Below are positions 42,867 to 44,785 of a stretch of 44,785 nucleotides of DNA, in pieces. The position numbers and the translations under genes were made by a program. Within the stretch, counting starts at the first letter, position 1. Every line of letters starts with the position of its first letter. Under the pieces are notes generated by a model. The model was given only the letters and a program-made list of their open reading frames with translations, was not told where the DNA came from and did not search any database. Source of the DNA: Neovahlkampfia damariscottae (Eukaryota); NCBI GenBank assembly GCA_016618085.1, contig JABLTG010000155.1, positions 1 to 44,785 on the forward strand, in the 5' to 3' direction.

Positions 42867-44384
42867 ATGCCTAAAATACAAAGCGATAAAGAAAACAAAC
42901 TTACTATACTTTTTCACGCTACGTTGAGCCATAAAGCAGTTAGTTCTGCTTTTTATGAGTTTTTGCAAAAGGAAAAATTCACAAACAACTGGGATTTCAT
43001 CATCTCTGCTCATTTGCTAAAGTCTTACATTGATCAAAAATGCTACAACCAAGCAGTAGAAAACATGGAACTAATTGCAGATGTTCATTTTTTGAAAGAA
43101 GAAAAAACACTTTTTTTGAACTACTCCAACACAAAAGAAATTCACAACAAAATTATAGAAAACTTGAAAACCAATAACTCTGTTGAAGCTTCAAGGCTAA
43201 TCGACTTATTAAAAGAAGAATTACTTTCTGAATATGAAAGAACTTATTTTCAAAAATTTTTGTTGACACCTCAAAGCCAAAAACTTATTGAAAAATATAA
43301 AAAAGATGTGAAGATTATTGTACCAGAGTTAACACGTATTTATGATTATACAGATGAAGATTTTATGGACGGAAAAATAAATCAAAAAGATTTAGATTTT
43401 TTTTCAGCAATATCAAATGAAAAGAGTTTTGTTCAACCAAATATAACAGTTGATTCTTATGGTTTATTATTTTCAAATTATAATTATTTACCAAATTTAT
43501 CATTTACTGATGATACAAAAATTGTAAAATTTGATTTAGTTTTTGATTATCCATTTGAACAAACATTTTGTGCAATTTTAGATGGATTTTTTACAAATGA
43601 TCCTCATATAGCTCATTTTGAAATTTTAGAATACGTTCCAAAACAACACTTTATTATGCAACAATATTCATATACCTGGGGTGTTGTTCCAAGTACAAGA
43701 AGATCAGTAGTTACTATAACTTATAGTAAAGATAGAGTTGATGTTTATAGAAAACCTGTAAAAATAGAAGGTGCTGATTTTCATAAATATCAATTATTAG
43801 ATTTTAAAAAATCAGATGGAACTATTGAAAAAAAATATGGAATTCAAGATTTATATTTTTCTCATGCAGAATTTATAAAATTAGATGAAAAAAGAACTTT
43901 ATTTAAAACGAATTCGTTTATTGGATTGGGAAAAAAATCATTGGGAGTACCAAAAACACTCTTGAAATGGAAATTTAATGATTTTTATACTCGTTTAGCT
44001 AAAATTTTAAAAAAGACATCAAGAACAGAAACAGTTTCAGATTATAAAAAAAAATTTACAAAGAAAAAAGATGGTATTCCAATTGATCCTGTTGGTTGTA
44101 TGTTAGTTGATGTTTATACCGAAAAAGAAGAAAAAAAAATGAATGAAGTTGATATTTCTCAAAACATTTTAATGAATATTTTAAGAGGAAATAATGTTGA
44201 AAATAAAAATGAACCATCCAATGGAATTGAAATTGGAGAAGAATTAATTCAAGAGGCGATTTTTTCAAAGAATACAGTTGATCCTCATGATAGTTCAAAT
44301 CATTCAATGGGATGTGTTAGTGAAATTTCGGAATTTGATGAACTTCTTTCATTCATAGGTGATGATGATGAGATGTTTCATTGA
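42867..44384 (+). CDS. RGS-like + START-like domain protein (tandem paralog 2)
   Basis: Colinear with paralog 1, sharing LLFSNYNYLP, YTDxDFxDGKIxQKD, TWGxVP and GIPxDPVG. Confidence 0.55.
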   Translation: MPKIQSDKENKLTILFHATLSHKAVSSAFYEFLQKEKFTNNWDFIISAHLLKSYIDQKCYNQAVENMELIADVHFLKEEKTLFLNYSNTKEIHNKIIENLKTNNSVEASRLIDLLKEELLSEYERTYFQKFLLTPQSQKLIEKYKKDVKIIVPELTRIYDYTDEDFMDGKINQKDLDFFSAISNEKSFVQPNITVDSYGLLFSNYNYLPNLSFTDDTKIVKFDLVFDYPFEQTFCAILDGFFTNDPHIAHFEILEYVPKQHFIMQQYSYTWGVVPSTRRSVVTITYSKDRVDVYRKPVKIEGADFHKYQLLDFKKSDGTIEKKYGIQDLYFSHAEFIKLDEKRTLFKTNSFIGLGKKSLGVPKTLLKWKFNDFYTRLAKILKKTSRTETVSDYKKKFTKKKDGIPIDPVGCMLVDVYTEKEEKKMNEVDISQNILMNILRGNNVENKNEPSNGIEIGEELIQEAIFSKNTVDPHDSSNHSMGCVSEISEFDELLSFIGDDDEMFH

Positions 44385-44785
44385 TTGGTCAAAAAAAAAT
44401 AGTTTGTAGAATAACAAAAAAAAACGGCTAATGAATTGATGGTTATTGTGATAAAAGTGGCCAATTAGATTTAATTTTGCCAGTTATTTTTAGAATTTTT
44501 ACTTGAAGTTGTTCAACTAGAAAATACTGAAAAAGATCTCAAGTATTTAAAATGTCCAAACAGCTCAAATTGGATTCATTTTGGAAAGAAAAATGTTACT
44601 TCAACATCAACAACAGAAGTGATAAAAAAGAGAAAACTTGAAGAAACAAAAGAAACAAGAAATATGAAATCAACATATAAACAAGGAAAAGATTAGTATC
44701 CTTTTTGGTGGACTAAAGAAAAAGAAGACATGCTACAAGTGAAAAGTATACCTTCAAGTTCTTCTTCAGTTGACAAGAATATTTG

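Noticed and set aside
4104..44307. Many short antisense or nested ORFs in the track, and N-terminal extensions from TTG/GTG starts
   Set aside because: Shadows of real genes with no motifs; the extensions run through promoter regions.
44490..44785. Coding-like plus frame with internal TAG and Myb-like WTKEKEDML
   Set aside because: Truncated by the window, no clear start, too short to call.

Overview
Very AT-rich, gene-dense eukaryotic (protist) genomic DNA read with the standard code. The ORF track is fragmented mainly by 34 manually resolved tiny GT-AG introns of 27-49 nt. The gene content (expanded RGS architectures, 7TM-RGS, Zn2Cys6 factor) suggests a free-living amoeba, possibly heterolobosean; this is inference only. 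About 25 genes can be reconstructed. They include an ankyrin-GAF-NAD glutamate dehydrogenase, an S9 peptidase, two C2/PPPDE-like paralogs, a DDM1/Lsh remodeler, an LRR protein, ARD, an APH-like kinase, four RGS proteins, a PSI-ectodomain OSCA/TMEM63 channel, a scramblase, GT61, a HIT protein, alkaline ceramidase, purple acid phosphatase and a Zn2Cys6 factor. There are also decayed hAT and Helitron remnants, a doubly frameshifted Aurora kinase and a 100-N gap with overlapping flanks. The standout is an intronless 836-aa gene (20437-22947) fusing three LOTUS/OST-HTH-like repeats, a Maelstrom-type DEDDh nuclease with apparently intact catalytic and ECHC zinc residues, and a Ycf45/SpoIIIAA-type ATPase. 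It is a candidate undescribed RNA-silencing/RNA-decay machine. Window-wide patterns are CCAAT boxes just upstream of most start codons and TAA stop codons embedded in AATAAA. All domain calls are by eye, without database searches.
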